From Callorhinchus milii (Eukaryota), in the NCBI RefSeq assembly GCF_018977255.1, contig NW_024704743.1, positions 65,722,001 to 65,786,000 on the forward strand: a stretch of 64,000 nucleotides of DNA, given 5' to 3'. Shown here piece after piece: positions 63,135-64,000 of the stretch; position 1 is the stretch's first letter; each line of letters begins with the position of its first letter. The notes under the pieces are model-generated. The model did not search any database. It was not told the origin of the DNA and saw only the letters and a program-made list of their open reading frames with translations. Position numbers and translations under genes: made by a program.

Positions 63135-63632
63135 TACTACTACTACTACTAAATTCTTGCATTTGATACAGCGAATTAGCAATGAGTGAACTAGAAAGAA
63201 ATTCAAAAATGTGTCCTCTTCTTGCATGTAATTTTTTATAAATTGCTTTGCAACAGGACCCTCTAATTTCCATGTAGCTCTTTTCTGTCTGTGTCCCATT
63301 GTGTCACATGGCTTTACTGCATGGCGATGTTGTGCTAAATTAAGCAAAAGTTTTTAAATTGTCAAAATACACGTCTTCGAACTGTCTCAAAGTGCTTCAC
63401 AGAATATACTGTAAAGTGAATTGACTGTATATTTCATGGACGAAACTTGGCAGACAAATGTGCACAGTAGTGTCCCACAAACAGTCATGGATTGAGTCAC
63501 CAAATTATTATTTTAAAAATTTTATTTTTGAAGGGATTATAACCCCCGGAAAAATGATCTGCCAAATGACTAACAACCGGGATCCTACTTACTACTATGT
63601 AAACAGGCGTGTGGAGTAAGGAAACTTGCCTA
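63135..63632 (-). mobile_element. tRNA-SINE family B, tail split by a ~195-bp insert
   Basis: Tail 63135-63173, body 63369-63632 ending in ggagtaaggaaacttgcc. Confidence 0.8.
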
Positions 63633-63830
63633 ACGTTGCTTAGACCGGAAACCAAAAAAAAAGGCTGAAGTCATTCTTATTCCAATAGAATAAGGTAAGG
63701 AATTCTGTTTCTGTAGCACTCAGGTATTATCCTACTGTTCTCTGATGGCCTCTTTTTCTCTCGCTTTTCCTTTTTGTCTTTTTTTCACTGACTGCTGCCC
63801 TTCCTTTTTCTCCCAATGCCACAAATGCAG

Positions 63831-63925
63831 CTGAACTTGGGTATAATTACCTTGCTCAGCCACGTGAAGCTTTGTACATGTCAATCAATCTCTTCAGGCT
63901 CGCGGTTGCTATATTCTTTGAGAAG
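63831..63925 (+). other. Candidate exon (95 nt), host transcript unknown
   Basis: About 70-nt polypyrimidine tract, branch-like CACTGAC near 63786, CAG acceptor, AAG/GTAAAT donor; two frames open; product not recognised. Confidence 0.3.
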
Positions 63926-64000
63926 GTAAATTAACTTTGCCACGTGTTCATTGCAATAGTCTGCTTTCTGTTCTCCCTAAAAAATAAATACTCTGGGTGT

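Overview
Eukaryotic, transposon-dense, apparently non-coding DNA (large intron or intergenic), very probably from a cartilaginous fish. The repeat repertoire suggests a chimaera or shark; this is an inference, not a database result. No host protein-coding gene, rRNA, true tRNA or CRISPR array is recognisable. The longest ORFs with recognisable products are decayed LINE ORF2/reverse-transcriptase pieces: CR1 clade (FADDTKL, GVPQGSVLGP, QFWSPYLRKD) and L2 clade (YVDDTQ, PQGS, SRLDYCN, LHWLP). Two tRNA-derived SINE families with L2-type 3' tails dominate: a Deu-domain SINE (family A) and a younger chimeric SINE (family B). Also present are hAT and Tigger/pogo MITEs, a probable solo LTR, and a possible PIF/Harbinger Myb-gene relic. 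The most notable items are: (1) an unclassified ~580-bp retroposon-like family X (5 copies, TSD, no clear tRNA head), one copy of which has spawned a ~900-bp 30-mer minisatellite; (2) a series of unrelated foldback palindromes, one enclosing a complete splice-site-flanked pseudo-exon; (3) an unusually similar inverted CR1-tail pair; (4) a locally templated ~200-bp insertion; and (5) several multi-level TE nests. Boundaries were read by eye and are approximate unless a motif is quoted.
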